A stretch of 64,000 bases of DNA from Actinomycetota bacterium. Lineage in GTDB: Bacteria; Actinomycetota; Thermoleophilia; RBG-16-64-13. Below are positions 1 through 9,619 of this stretch, piece by piece. Below the pieces are notes generated by a model. It searched no databases. It was not told the origin of the DNA and was given only the letters and a program-made list of their open reading frames with translations. The stretch covers positions 42,704 through 106,703 of the forward strand of contig JAAYZX010000004.1 in NCBI GenBank assembly GCA_012514635.1, given 5' to 3'. The position numbers and the translations under genes are program-made. Numbering within the stretch: position 1 is the stretch's first letter; each line of letters opens with the position of its first letter.

Positions 1-343
1 CGAGCACAAGGCGACCTTCTCGCTCGGTTATCAGCAATCTCCCGTCGGGCAGGAAGCGCATCTCCCAGGGGACACGCAACCCTGTGATCACGGTGGTGGC
101 TCGATAACCGGCTTCCACCAGGGTCGAGGGAGGAGACGTCGCGGTCGTAGCACTCGTCTGCGACGTGGCCGGGGGCGAACTGGTTGACGGACCTACTGAA
201 GTGGCGGATGTCGCAGTCGGTTCCGTAGTTGCAGTATCCTCCGGCGTCCCTCCGCACCCCGTGAGGACGGCCATCACCGACAATACGGCCGCGATCAAGG
301 CCACCTCGGTGACGACGGTCGTGATCCTGCCTGGTAGTCTCAT
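1..343 (-). CDS. PQQ-dependent sugar (glucose/sorbosone) dehydrogenase-like lipoprotein, N-terminal part; gene runs off the left edge
   Basis: Own reverse-strand translation from ATG at 343-341: MRLPGRITTVVTEVALIAAVLSVMAVLTGCGGTPEDT..(Thr/Ser/Pro linker)..STLVEAGYRATTVITGLRVPWEMRFLPDGRLLITEREGRLVL. It has a lipobox (LTGC) and the GL-x-x-PW-x-x-x-FLPDGR-x-L-x-TER-x-GRL signature of soluble PQQ sugar dehydrogenase propellers. It is missing from the ORF track because it is open at the window edge. The listed 165..422 + ORF is its antisense shadow. Confidence 0.6.
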   Translation of the reverse strand, partial: MRLPGRITTVVTEVALIAAVLSVMAVLTGCGGTPEDTATTEPTATSATSVGPSTSSPPATSQTSATTATSPPSTLVEAGYRATTVITGLRVPWEMRFLPDGRLLITEREGRLVL

Positions 344-524
344 GAACCTGTCTCTGCGATCGAATCGATACCACACCGGCGTGGTGTCATCCACTACTTT
401 AGGTGTACCCGCTTTCGGATGACCACGATCATGTGGCCGGAGGATTGGCTCCGATGAGCCGGATGACACTCTTCTAGTGAGACCAGAGTGTTCTGGGAGG
501 CGAATCAATCCGAGACGGTTCTGA

Positions 525-797
525 CAGGTCTGCGGACGTCTCTCGATCATCTCCGGTACCGTTACCGACGAGAACACCGGACTGCCGATCGCAGGAGCAT
601 GGGTCTACGCCCAAGACGGCACCGGAGACGACATCAGAAGCGTGTCGACCGGTGCCTTTGGAGTCCACAAGCTCACCGGGCTTCCTCCAGACTTTTACAA
701 GATCTACATGCACAACAATCAGGGCTACCTCGACGAGTGGTACGACAACCTCATATACCAAGGTAACTGGGACGGCGGCTACGTATCGACAACGTGA
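525..797 (+). pseudogene. Start-less remnant of a surface protein with a carboxypeptidase-regulatory-like (CarboxypepD_reg) domain
   Basis: The frame opens right after a TGA at 522-524 and has no start codon. Translation: ..SIISGTVTDENTGLPIAGAWVYAQDGTGDDIRSVSTGAFGVHKLTGLPPDFYKIYMHNNQGYLDEWYDN..*. ISGTVTD-x-x-G-x-PIAGA-x-V is the classic start of this beta-sandwich domain. An SLH-like FLDVPTTHPHFK string follows in another frame near 1005-1040. Confidence 0.35.
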
Positions 798-1344
798 CTC
801 GGGCCGCATCAGGCAGCCTGGGTCAAGAGCAGTACGGCGGGAGCACTACTGCTACTCGACCCCGACGCAGAGTAAAACACCGAGATGTCCTACTATGGCC
901 ACTTATGTAGAGTGGAACGCGAGTGGTGGACCACTCGTCAGTAGTTCGCCAAGACGGCTGTGGACGGGCTGGGTCTCACCCCACTGACTCCGCCAACTGC
1001 GCGCTTCCTGGACGTGCCCACCACTCACCCCCACTTCAAGTTTCCTCTGGTTTACGACTCCGTTGAGCACCGATCGGAGACTGCCGTATTGGAACCCAGA
1101 GCTCCCGCCGGGGCCCGACATCTTCGAGCATTTACTACCCAACTACGTCCCTCCGTCGCCGTAGACCGGCATTTCCGCCCCTGCCCCGCGGTGTCTCACT
1201 ATCCAGTTCAGGGCAGTCAATCCAGGAGAAGAAAACCGTAGAGCCGTGTCCACCGGAGGAATCGCACATGACTCACTCCCCATGTGTGGCATATGGCACC
1301 TGATGTATGATGAACGAAGTGTCCGTGGCTCTTCCAGGGGGTGG

Positions 1345-3450
1345 ATGGTGAGGCAGGCAACAGGGCGGTGCGCATCACTCAACTGGAGCATCAGGAGGGC
1401 GCTTCTCATCTTCCTGATAGCCATGGCTCTCTTGGGGATGGGCTCGACAGCACAGGCGAACGAGATACAAGTCTCCGGCCCTGGCAGCCAGATAGGCTCT
1501 CCGGCCCTTGCCGGCAACTGGGTCGCCTGGGACGACTACCAAACCGACCCTGCAGTCATCTGCTGGCGGAACCTCGACTCCGACACTACGGGTTCTGTCG
1601 CTGTCCCTGGTCTTTATGGAGACCGGGGTACGTCTTGGGCCCTCGGCGAGGATTTCGTCGTATGGTTGGAGAGATTTGGCACCGATGGAGTGGTTCTCGC
1701 GCAACGCTTGACGACCGGCGATAAGCGGACCCTCACCTACGGTGGTCAACCGCTCACCAGCTTCGCCCGGGTAACAGGCACTACCGTGTACTGGTGGGGC
1801 GACGGGCAAGGCGAGATGCGTCCACTGCACAGCCAAGACCTCCTCAACGGCGCAACGCGAACATGGCTGGTCCCCTTCCAGAGCATGAACCTATTCGACA
1901 TCGCCGGCGATTGGTATGTGTGGGTGGAGTGGTTGGCTTTCGATCCAGGGCCAGAGGACTTCCACTCCGCCACCGGCTCCATTCGGGCGCGACACCTGAA
2001 GAGCGGCGAGACCATCATCTTGGGTCCCGCTATATGGGGGAACACCCAGGCCTTGCCGCCCCACCCGGATATTGACGGCGACTGGGTGGTGTGGGACACG
2101 GCGGTTTCGGTACACGAGTGGAATAACACCGTGCTCTACGCCTACGATCTCAAGAATCGAGAGCGCCGGACTGTCGTGGGGGAGGACGATCCTGAAGGTA
2201 ATGCGTGCTTCTCCCAGGTTTCCAAGGGATGGGTGGCGTGGCAGGCCCAGTCAGGCTCGAACATCCGCAGCTACTTCCGTCCGCTGGACGCAGCTTCGGC
2301 AAGACCGCATCCGGTGAGTCATGCTGTAGGTCAGCAGTACTTCCCGAAGCTCGACTATCCTTGGCTCGTGTGGATGGACAATCGTTCCGGAGACTATGAG
2401 GTCTATGCCTGGAACGTATCGACGGAGACTCAGTTCACAGACGTCCGCCCACCGGAGTGGCGGATGGGGACGTGGGGGCCCACTGCCATCTACACCCTGG
2501 CGAAAGCCGGGGTAGTCCAAGGCTACGACGACGGCACCTTCCGCCCCGATAACCCCGTTCTTCGGGCCCAGCTGGCCAAGATGCTCGTGAGTTCATTGGG
2601 TCTGGAGGTGCGGGACGGGGCTATTCGTAACAACTTTGTGGACGTTCCGGCGGGTCCGCCTTCTGATCCCCTCTACCCCGACGATTACGTTGCGGTTGCG
2701 GCCGCCAACGGCATCGTCCAGGGTTTCAGCTCCTCCTTGTTCGGGCCCTATCAGCCGGTGACTCGCATCCAGATGGTGAGCATGGTGGTCCGGGCGCTGG
2801 AGCGCCTGCGGCCGGGACGCTTGGAGATGCCGGCCCTTGGCTGGAAGTCCCAGTTCCCCGAAGCCACCGATCCCACCCACGGAGAAAACGTTCGCCTGGC
2901 CGAGTACAACGGCCTGCTGTCACATTGGGGCCACTCATATCTATGGGAAGAGTTGCGCGCAAGCCTATGGGACCCAGCCACGAGGGAGGAGATGGCGCTC
3001 ATGCTCTGGTGGGCTTTGGGCGGTGAGCTTCCTCCGCTCCGGGAGTCAATGAAGAGTGAGATGACCCTTCCCGAGCTTCGTGACCACCTTCTCGGGACCG
3101 TTGGCACGGCAGACCCGATCTACCTGCCGACCCAGCTCCCCTCTGGTTGGGCGCTGTTGAAGGATGGATGCGAAGTGTGGAAGGGAGGCGGTGGATACAA
3201 CCTCACGTTCACCAATGGACACTCCACCATTCGTCTCGATTGCCCCTATGAAGGGGACGCCGCCCTCGGAGGCTTTCACCATACGGGGATCACTTGGGAA
3301 GGCCAAGAAATAGCCGTGGGCTACTCCTACGGCTGGCTCCATTGTTTCGTCGACGGCGCGGACAACTACCTCTGGTTCATCGCTAATCCCTGGAACCGCG
3401 AGGCCGTCCTTGCCATGGCTGCATCCATGGAGCGGGTGAGAGGACGATGA
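1345..3450 (+). CDS. SLH-domain cell-surface protein with N-terminal W-rich (propeller-like) repeats
   Basis: Signal/TM segment ALLIFLIAMALLGMGSTAQA. Seven W-rich repeats (GNWVAWDD, DFVVWLER, TTVYWWGD, GDWYVWVEW, GDWVVWDT, KGWVAWQA, YPWLVWMDNRSGDYEVYAW). Two SLH modules (..AIYTLAKAGVVQGYDDGTFRPDNPVLRAQLAKML.. and ..YVAVAAANGIVQGFSSSLFGPYQPVTRIQMVSMV..). Start placed at ATG 1345 just before the signal peptide; the track start GTG 1246 remains possible. Confidence 0.75.
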   Translation: MVRQATGRCASLNWSIRRALLIFLIAMALLGMGSTAQANEIQVSGPGSQIGSPALAGNWVAWDDYQTDPAVICWRNLDSDTTGSVAVPGLYGDRGTSWALGEDFVVWLERFGTDGVVLAQRLTTGDKRTLTYGGQPLTSFARVTGTTVYWWGDGQGEMRPLHSQDLLNGATRTWLVPFQSMNLFDIAGDWYVWVEWLAFDPGPEDFHSATGSIRARHLKSGETIILGPAIWGNTQALPPHPDIDGDWVVWDTAVSVHEWNNTVLYAYDLKNRERRTVVGEDDPEGNACFSQVSKGWVAWQAQSGSNIRSYFRPLDAASARPHPVSHAVGQQYFPKLDYPWLVWMDNRSGDYEVYAWNVSTETQFTDVRPPEWRMGTWGPTAIYTLAKAGVVQGYDDGTFRPDNPVLRAQLAKMLVSSLGLEVRDGAIRNNFVDVPAGPPSDPLYPDDYVAVAAANGIVQGFSSSLFGPYQPVTRIQMVSMVVRALERLRPGRLEMPALGWKSQFPEATDPTHGENVRLAEYNGLLSHWGHSYLWEELRASLWDPATREEMALMLWWALGGELPPLRESMKSEMTLPELRDHLLGTVGTADPIYLPTQLPSGWALLKDGCEVWKGGGGYNLTFTNGHSTIRLDCPYEGDAALGGFHHTGITWEGQEIAVGYSYGWLHCFVDGADNYLWFIANPWNREAVLAMAASMERVRGR

Positions 3451-3679
3451 GCCTTGGTGAATGAAGGATGCTTCTTCACAACCGGCGCTCGCCGGCTCGA
3501 ATCTACCAACAGTCAACCTCCGAAATGAAAGAAGAGGTCACCCACGCTGTTGCTACCCCTATCCACTGACAGCTAACCTGTGAAGGGCTACAAGGACACG
3601 ACGGTTGTTACACGACATTAGGGGACTCAACCCGGTTGGACTACGTAGTGACTCACGTTTGTCGAAAACGGAGGACGGG

Positions 3680-5749
3680 ATGAAACGTGCAAAAGTGCGG
3701 GCGTTGGCAGCAGTGGTCTTTCTCGCATTAATCGTACTGCTCACATTCAGCGCAGGCGCCCTAGCCTTCCCTGACGTTCCTAATGGCCACGCTTATGACG
3801 CGGCCATCAATGATCTCTCTTCTCGGGGCATAATCAATGGCTATGGCGACGGGCGGTTCGGCTTCGCCGATCCGGTGAGGCGCGCCCACTTCGCCAAGAT
3901 GATCGTGGGCACACTCGGTATCGCCCCGAAAACCTCCACCGCCACCCACTTCACTGATCTGGGTGCTCCTGACGCCCAAGGCTATCCCCACGTCTTCGTA
4001 CAGGCGGCCTACGAGAACGGCATCACCAAAGGCACCAACACCGCTCAGACCCTATTTGGCCCCTGGGATTCCATCCGCCGGGACCAGGTGGTAACCATGA
4101 TCGTGCGGGGAACAAACAGTCTTCTGCCCGGCACCCTCACCGCCCCGCCCTCCGGCTCCCCCAGTTACTTCGCCGGTGTCCCGGAACCCCACGGCGCCAA
4201 CCTCCGCACCGCCGAGTACAACGGTCTCCTGGACGGACTCCTCGGCTTGAGGGCGGGCTGGCAGAACATGAGTGCCACGCGGGGCGAGGTGGCGCAGATG
4301 TTGTCAAGTCTGCTGACGATGATGGAATCCGTAGTTCCGGACACCACCAAGGTTCTGGATGCGGGTGCTTTGTCCGAACTGAAGTCCGTATCCTCGGATC
4401 AGTCCACGCTGCTATTCGATAGGTCTTCTGCGGTACCCACGCTCGCTCCCGGGGACGTCATCGTCGCCGGGGTCTCCGCTGCCACCCCGATGGGTCTGCT
4501 GCGCAAGGTGGTGAGCGTCTCCCCTGGCGCTTCCGGTCTCACCGTCAGGACAACATCCGCTACCCTGCAGGACGCGATACCTGAGGGCTCATTCAGCGCC
4601 GACGTAAGGTTGAGTCCCGACACCATGGACGCGGCATCCATAGGAGAGATCGCAATCCTCGGGCAACACCGGCTGGAGGCGACCGCGTTTACCGCCGATC
4701 TTGGCGTTTCCGTCTCCCTGGAGGACATTCCGTTCGGTGTGGGTAAACTGAAAGTATCCGGGTCCACCTCACTCTCGGTGCCGCCAAACGTCAAGTTCAG
4801 GGCCAAGTGGGGACGGACAGGGCTCGAAGCCTCGGCCGACTTCACCACTGAAGTGGAGACCATTTTCATGGCCTCGGCCTCTGCGGGCTCGAGTGGAAGC
4901 CGGACATGGGACCTGCTGGTGAAACCGTACAGCTTCAGGCCCGTCACTCTGTTCGTGTCGGGAGTGCCGGTAGTGCTGGTTCCCACGCTCCAGTTCCAAT
5001 TGAAAGCATCTGCGGGCGCCTCCACGTCGATGAGTAAGTCCATCATCCACACGACGAGGTTGACAGCGGGCCTGAGCTACGCGAACGGTCGGCTGACCCC
5101 GCGCAGTGACTTCTTGAGCACCTTCTCGAGTCCTATAGCCACGCCCAGCGCGACCGCAGGAAACCTGCGAATTTCGGTAGGTCCCGTGGTCACTCTTGCC
5201 GTCTATGGCGTTGCAGGACCGAGCCTCAATGCGGACGGGTTCCTCGATCTGACCGTGCACCCCGCACAGACACCTTGGTGGGTTCTTTCAGGGGGTTTGC
5301 ACGCGGGCATCGGCCTCAACGTTCCCTACCTCGGTCTCTCGGCTTCGATTCCGAACTTGATTGAGTGGAGTGAAGCCGTATTGGAGGCGGTTCAAGAACA
5401 ACAGGACCCTGACAATGTTCTTCATCCCTCCGGATGCAAGCTCGGAATAATCCAGAAGAAGTGGGAGGACCGCAATGGCCGACACCTTGACGTTGACTAC
5501 GTGAGACTGGTGAATGACGGTCCCAACGAGAGCTATGGATATCACTTTGAGAACTCATGCCCCGCAATTCACACCCTGGACGTTTCCGAACAAGTCGCCA
5601 TTCGGGTCTCCCCCCAGCCCTGGTTGACTCCGGAAACTCAGATCTCCTGGGAGGAATTCCTGACTTTCTCGCCGTCGTCTTTCAGGGAGTTCCGGTTGTA
5701 TTTCTCGGAAGAGGTCGTGACCGAGATCGAGCAGTGGTGGTCACCCTAA
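3680..5749 (+). CDS. SLH-domain cell-surface protein with a long Ser/Thr/Val-rich beta-type passenger region
   Basis: GGAGGA lies just upstream of ATG 3680. Signal peptide MKRAKVRALAAVVFLALIVLLTFSAGALA. SLH modules begin at FPDVPNGHAYDAAINDLSSRGIINGYGDGRFGFADPVRRAHFAKMIV. I recognise no family for the remaining ~450 aa. Confidence 0.8.
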   Translation: MKRAKVRALAAVVFLALIVLLTFSAGALAFPDVPNGHAYDAAINDLSSRGIINGYGDGRFGFADPVRRAHFAKMIVGTLGIAPKTSTATHFTDLGAPDAQGYPHVFVQAAYENGITKGTNTAQTLFGPWDSIRRDQVVTMIVRGTNSLLPGTLTAPPSGSPSYFAGVPEPHGANLRTAEYNGLLDGLLGLRAGWQNMSATRGEVAQMLSSLLTMMESVVPDTTKVLDAGALSELKSVSSDQSTLLFDRSSAVPTLAPGDVIVAGVSAATPMGLLRKVVSVSPGASGLTVRTTSATLQDAIPEGSFSADVRLSPDTMDAASIGEIAILGQHRLEATAFTADLGVSVSLEDIPFGVGKLKVSGSTSLSVPPNVKFRAKWGRTGLEASADFTTEVETIFMASASAGSSGSRTWDLLVKPYSFRPVTLFVSGVPVVLVPTLQFQLKASAGASTSMSKSIIHTTRLTAGLSYANGRLTPRSDFLSTFSSPIATPSATAGNLRISVGPVVTLAVYGVAGPSLNADGFLDLTVHPAQTPWWVLSGGLHAGIGLNVPYLGLSASIPNLIEWSEAVLEAVQEQQDPDNVLHPSGCKLGIIQKKWEDRNGRHLDVDYVRLVNDGPNESYGYHFENSCPAIHTLDVSEQVAIRVSPQPWLTPETQISWEEFLTFSPSSFREFRLYFSEEVVTEIEQWWSP

Positions 5750-6027
5750 CTTAGCCGGAATCCACCGGTCCGTGGCCGAGAAGGGGATGAGGCCACCGAA
5801 TGTGGAGCACAGGGGTTGATCGCCCCCGACCTGCCTAAGCGATAGCCTAAGGAAAGCCTCTTTGCGTTATTCGCAAGCCGATGACGACTCTTCCGAGTGA
5901 GTCTGAGGTAGGCTGACGCCGACTCTAGTCCCGTAGATAGCCTTCGGGGGCCGGGTTCAGACCGGCAAGGGTGACGACAGGGGCGAAGGGCAAGAAGGAC
6001 TCGCCTGAACTCCCTCGACCGGGGCCG

Positions 6028-6120
6028 GGCGGTGTTGGCTGCGAATCTCGCCAAGGGCAGGTGGTTGAGGCCTACCCCGTACTTGAGATCGCGAATCACG
6101 TTTTCGATCTCACCGGCGTT
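6028..6120 (-). pseudogene. IS1380-family-like DDE transposase C-terminal remnant
   Basis: Reverse-strand translation reads NAGEIENVIRDLKYGVGLNHLPLARFAANTA, resembling the conserved IEN-x-I-[KR]-[ED]-LK-x-x-x-G...F-x-A-[NT] block near the C-terminus of IS1380-type transposases. An in-frame TAG sits immediately upstream (6121-6123) and no intact upstream transposase body exists. Confidence 0.45.
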
Positions 6121-6364
6121 CTACAGCTCATCCCCCACCAAGCCCACAGCCGAGTAGAAAAGTCCTGCATGTGGGGTTCTGACGGCGGCGCAAGGGATGT
6201 CGACTGGGTGGACGCCGTGATGCAGATCCCCCTAGAACCTGACAAGGTGGCCGGTCGAAGCCCAAGCCTCTAAACTCGTCCCCAGTCGTCTGTACAAATG
6301 TCCTAGGGTCGTCGAACGCCGTTGTTCCGGGGGCCGCGTATACTGCAAGAGATCCGGAGGAGCC

Positions 6365-8713
6365 ATGTCACCCGAATCCAGCCCCTTAGCCGACAGTCTC
6401 GAGATGGCCCGCCGTCACGAAGCCCTGCAGGATGAGCTCCTGGTTCTTGACTGCAACAGTCCCGACGACCTGATCCAGGTCGCGCGCCTGGCGTCTGAGC
6501 GGTATGGTCTGCGCCGGTATGTGGCCGCTTTGCCGTTGGATCTACTGACCATACTCGTTCGGAGCGGCCATTGGGTCGATGCGCTGACTCTGGCCGATCT
6601 CGGGGACGGTGCCTCGCTTCAGGCGATAGCCACCATCATGATCGATGCCGGTGAGATCAACGCGGCGAGAACCCTGCTTGGGCCGGTCGTTGTGGAGGTC
6701 CGAGCAGACCCAGATGCGGAGGTCGGGCTCGATCTTCTTCGGTGTCTGACCAAGATCGACCCGGCCGTGGCTCACGAACTCGCCCGGAGATCACTTGATG
6801 AGGCCGAACAGGCAGATGAGCAGGTGTACCAGGCTTGGCTATGGGCCGGCCACGCTCTTCATGCGGTCGGCCTGACGCCCGAAGCACACAAAGCGATCGC
6901 GATGGCGGTCGACTTGCTGCCACCAGAAGACCCGGGCATCACTCAGGGCACCCCAGAGGACATGTATCACTCCGCCCTCTACTGTCTGATCACCGAGACC
7001 GGCTATGATCGGCTCCTAGCCGGGGCCGTCGGCATCTCAGGCCTGCGCCGGCTGGTCGGCGCTGTGGACGGTGATGCGGCGGCGTTGGGGCGCCAGGGTG
7101 TCTTCACGCTACGCAGTCTGCTCGCCGGCAGCATGCTCGACCTGGGTGAAGAAGACGACGCCAGGGAGCTGCTCATCGACGCTCTTGCCGCCCTCGCCGA
7201 AGACGATGTGTGGGTCATCGACGGCTCCCACGGTCACGCCGCCGACGTGCTCGCGCGTCTGGGGGAGCCCGACAGCCTCCTCCTGCCTCTCGTCCGCACC
7301 GAGGAAGACACCGCGGCCCGAGGTAGCTTTCTGCTCGACTGCGCTCTGCCGTTCCTCGCCCGCGGGCTGCTCGACCCCGGCCTTGATCTGCTGCGAGAGG
7401 CCGTCGGTTATCTGCAGGCCGGAGACTGCCACGGGGATCTGACCCACAGCGCGCTGGCGGAGGCGGCGGCGGCACTGGTGCGGGCCGGGTCTCCGGGTGG
7501 TGTCGATGAGGCTCTGGCCGTCGCCCGGTCCATCCCGGTAGAGCGAGGCACCGACCACGCCGGGCACGAGAGTTGCTACCGGGCCGAGGCGCTTGCCGCG
7601 ATCGCCCGCGCGCTCCTTGATCAGGGTGCCGAGAAACAGGCGCTCAAGGTCGCTGCCGAGGCCCACGAAGCCACCTGGAAATGGGCGCGGAGCAGACCCG
7701 AGGAGTCGCAGCTCCTGGCCACCGCCGCGAAGGCGCTCGCCGCTTCGGGCAGCCCAGAGGCGGACGAGATGGCACGCCGAGCCATCGAGGCGGGCGCATC
7801 CGGCAGCCGTTGGCCTGGACGCCGACTCGAGCAGGCCTGGCTCCATCGGCTTGTGGGGGAGCCCGAAGTGGCCCGGAGCCTCATCGAGAAGGCCATAACA
7901 GACGCGGAGCGCGTCGAATATGAAGAGGACGAATACTATCCCGATCCGACCGTCTCGCTCGGGTCGCTCTGTTCCCCGTTGCTCGAACTCGGGGAGCGAC
8001 AGTTGGCCGAACAGGTTGCCCGTCGGGCTTGGCAGAGTGCCCGTCATCCCAAAGAGCTATTTCGAGACGAAGATTGGGCGGCGGTGGTCTCCACCTACGT
8101 CGATTGCGGGTTCGACCCGCAGGCGGCCCACGATGCCGCATCGGAAGCACTGGGGGTCGACCGCGACGATGACGACCACGACATCCCCGATGGGGTGCTC
8201 GCCCGGCTGGCCGAGGGTCTCGCTCTCGGAGGAGACGCTCAGAGGGTGAGAGAGATCGCCCGGCAGATCGCGAGGACCTGTCCGTTCTGTTCGGGCTATG
8301 CCGAGACGTATGCCCGCTTAGGTAGGGCTTATCTCACTCTCGGCCGACTCGAAACGGCGCACGCTCTGCTCGACCAGGCGCTCATGATCGCCCAACGGTC
8401 TAGGGGACACCGTCTTGGACAGATCGTGCCTGTTGCCGAAGCTTTGCTGGCAGCCGGGAGAGCCGAGGACGCCTCCGACTTGGTGGCTCTGCCCTGCATG
8501 CCCAGCCGCACGCTTGCCGATCTCGGAAAGGTGCTCGGCAAAGCCGGAGAGAAGGAATCGGCGATCGCCGCTTTGCGTCGCAGTCTCCTGGAAGCCGAAG
8601 ACCCCGGTCAATGGACGGCGGCACTTGAGAGTGTCTGCGAGATGATGGGGGTGTGGTCGCGCGGGGAACTCATCCTAGAAGTCGCGGGCCTGACCGACCG
8701 GCACACCGGCTGA
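6365..8713 (+). CDS. Large all-alpha helical-repeat (TPR-like) protein of unknown function
   Basis: GGAGGAG lies 3 nt upstream of ATG 6365. The 782-aa protein is Ala/Leu/Asp/Glu-rich with repeated helix-hairpin-like segments (e.g. YARLGRAYLTLGRLETAHALLDQALMIAQ) and one CPFCSG motif. No P-loop or other catalytic motif seen. Alternative frames give Arg/Pro-rich junk. Confidence 0.6.
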   Translation: MSPESSPLADSLEMARRHEALQDELLVLDCNSPDDLIQVARLASERYGLRRYVAALPLDLLTILVRSGHWVDALTLADLGDGASLQAIATIMIDAGEINAARTLLGPVVVEVRADPDAEVGLDLLRCLTKIDPAVAHELARRSLDEAEQADEQVYQAWLWAGHALHAVGLTPEAHKAIAMAVDLLPPEDPGITQGTPEDMYHSALYCLITETGYDRLLAGAVGISGLRRLVGAVDGDAAALGRQGVFTLRSLLAGSMLDLGEEDDARELLIDALAALAEDDVWVIDGSHGHAADVLARLGEPDSLLLPLVRTEEDTAARGSFLLDCALPFLARGLLDPGLDLLREAVGYLQAGDCHGDLTHSALAEAAAALVRAGSPGGVDEALAVARSIPVERGTDHAGHESCYRAEALAAIARALLDQGAEKQALKVAAEAHEATWKWARSRPEESQLLATAAKALAASGSPEADEMARRAIEAGASGSRWPGRRLEQAWLHRLVGEPEVARSLIEKAITDAERVEYEEDEYYPDPTVSLGSLCSPLLELGERQLAEQVARRAWQSARHPKELFRDEDWAAVVSTYVDCGFDPQAAHDAASEALGVDRDDDDHDIPDGVLARLAEGLALGGDAQRVREIARQIARTCPFCSGYAETYARLGRAYLTLGRLETAHALLDQALMIAQRSRGHRLGQIVPVAEALLAAGRAEDASDLVALPCMPSRTLADLGKVLGKAGEKESAIAALRRSLLEAEDPGQWTAALESVCEMMGVWSRGELILEVAGLTDRHTG

Positions 8714-8760
8714 CCGCGGATCACGATAACCGTGCCCTCGGAGGCTAGTAGAGGAGATTG

Positions 8761-9420
8761 ATGGACAAAAGTGAGCGGTGGGCGGCTGTAGGCCGCATAG
8801 GGGCGTTCATTGGCGGTCTGGCTCTGATGGCCGTCATCTTCATCATCGATATCAAGACGAGCATCTGGCAGGATCTCGTGGTGCTTGCAGGCCTGGCCGG
8901 CAGTCTGGTGACGTTCTTGCTCACCTTCCTGGTCGTCAACCGGGTGGTCGGGCGGCTCACTGAACGCCGCTGGGCGCCCGTAACCCGGGTGGCCCTCACC
9001 GATCTTCTCCACGGCCTTGCAGATGAGGGACGAAGTGAATTGAGTCGAGGGATCGTGGTGTCGCGCTCACTTCCCGTGCCTGGGGGGGATGATGGCGAAG
9101 CGGCCTCGGCCGAGGAGCTCGCCGACCTGCTTCACCGGCTGGTGGGTGAGCGGCGTCTTCTGACCGAACGGCTCGGGGTTTGGGCGGGGTTTCTTGCTTC
9201 CAGCGGCAACAACGACGAGATCATGCGGCAGGTGGCGAACACCTCCCTGCAGCTCGACCGGGTACGCGATGCCGTCCTCGCGATTGGGGGGCAGGAGTCC
9301 ACCGAGGCCATGACTGCACTCCGCGCGGAGGTGGTCTGCTGCAATGAGAATCTGGATGCACTTGCCGCAGAGATCGAGCACCGACTGCGTGAGCACGCGA
9401 ATGAAGCGGTTGGGCAATAG
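8761..9420 (+). CDS. Membrane protein (2 predicted TM helices) with a C-terminal coiled-coil-like region; unknown function
   Basis: GAGGAG lies 4 nt upstream of ATG 8761 (track start TTG 8758). TM segments IGAFIGGLALMAVIFIIDI and LVVLAGLAGSLVTFLLTFLVV are followed by a helical acidic region. Confidence 0.55.
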   Translation: MDKSERWAAVGRIGAFIGGLALMAVIFIIDIKTSIWQDLVVLAGLAGSLVTFLLTFLVVNRVVGRLTERRWAPVTRVALTDLLHGLADEGRSELSRGIVVSRSLPVPGGDDGEAASAEELADLLHRLVGERRLLTERLGVWAGFLASSGNNDEIMRQVANTSLQLDRVRDAVLAIGGQESTEAMTALRAEVVCCNENLDALAAEIEHRLREHANEAVGQ

Positions 9421-9619
9421 AGTGCCGCGTCAAGATTCGGGGCCCGCTACTCCTGGCAGGGTGGAAGATCATGACCCACCATGTGTCGTTGACCCTGGCT
9501 CGCGCCCACACCGACATCCGGACACATTTTGGGTTAGGCTCGGTTAAGCTTTTATTGACAGAAGCAGATGCAGGGAGTCGAATATCGACTGGTTCGACAT
9601 AGTCAAATGGGTTCTCATT

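Noticed and set aside
165-422. 85-codon plus-strand ORF at the left edge.
   Set aside because: It is antisense to the edge-truncated PQQ-dehydrogenase-like lipoprotein gene, which has a lipobox and family signature. The product has no features of its own.
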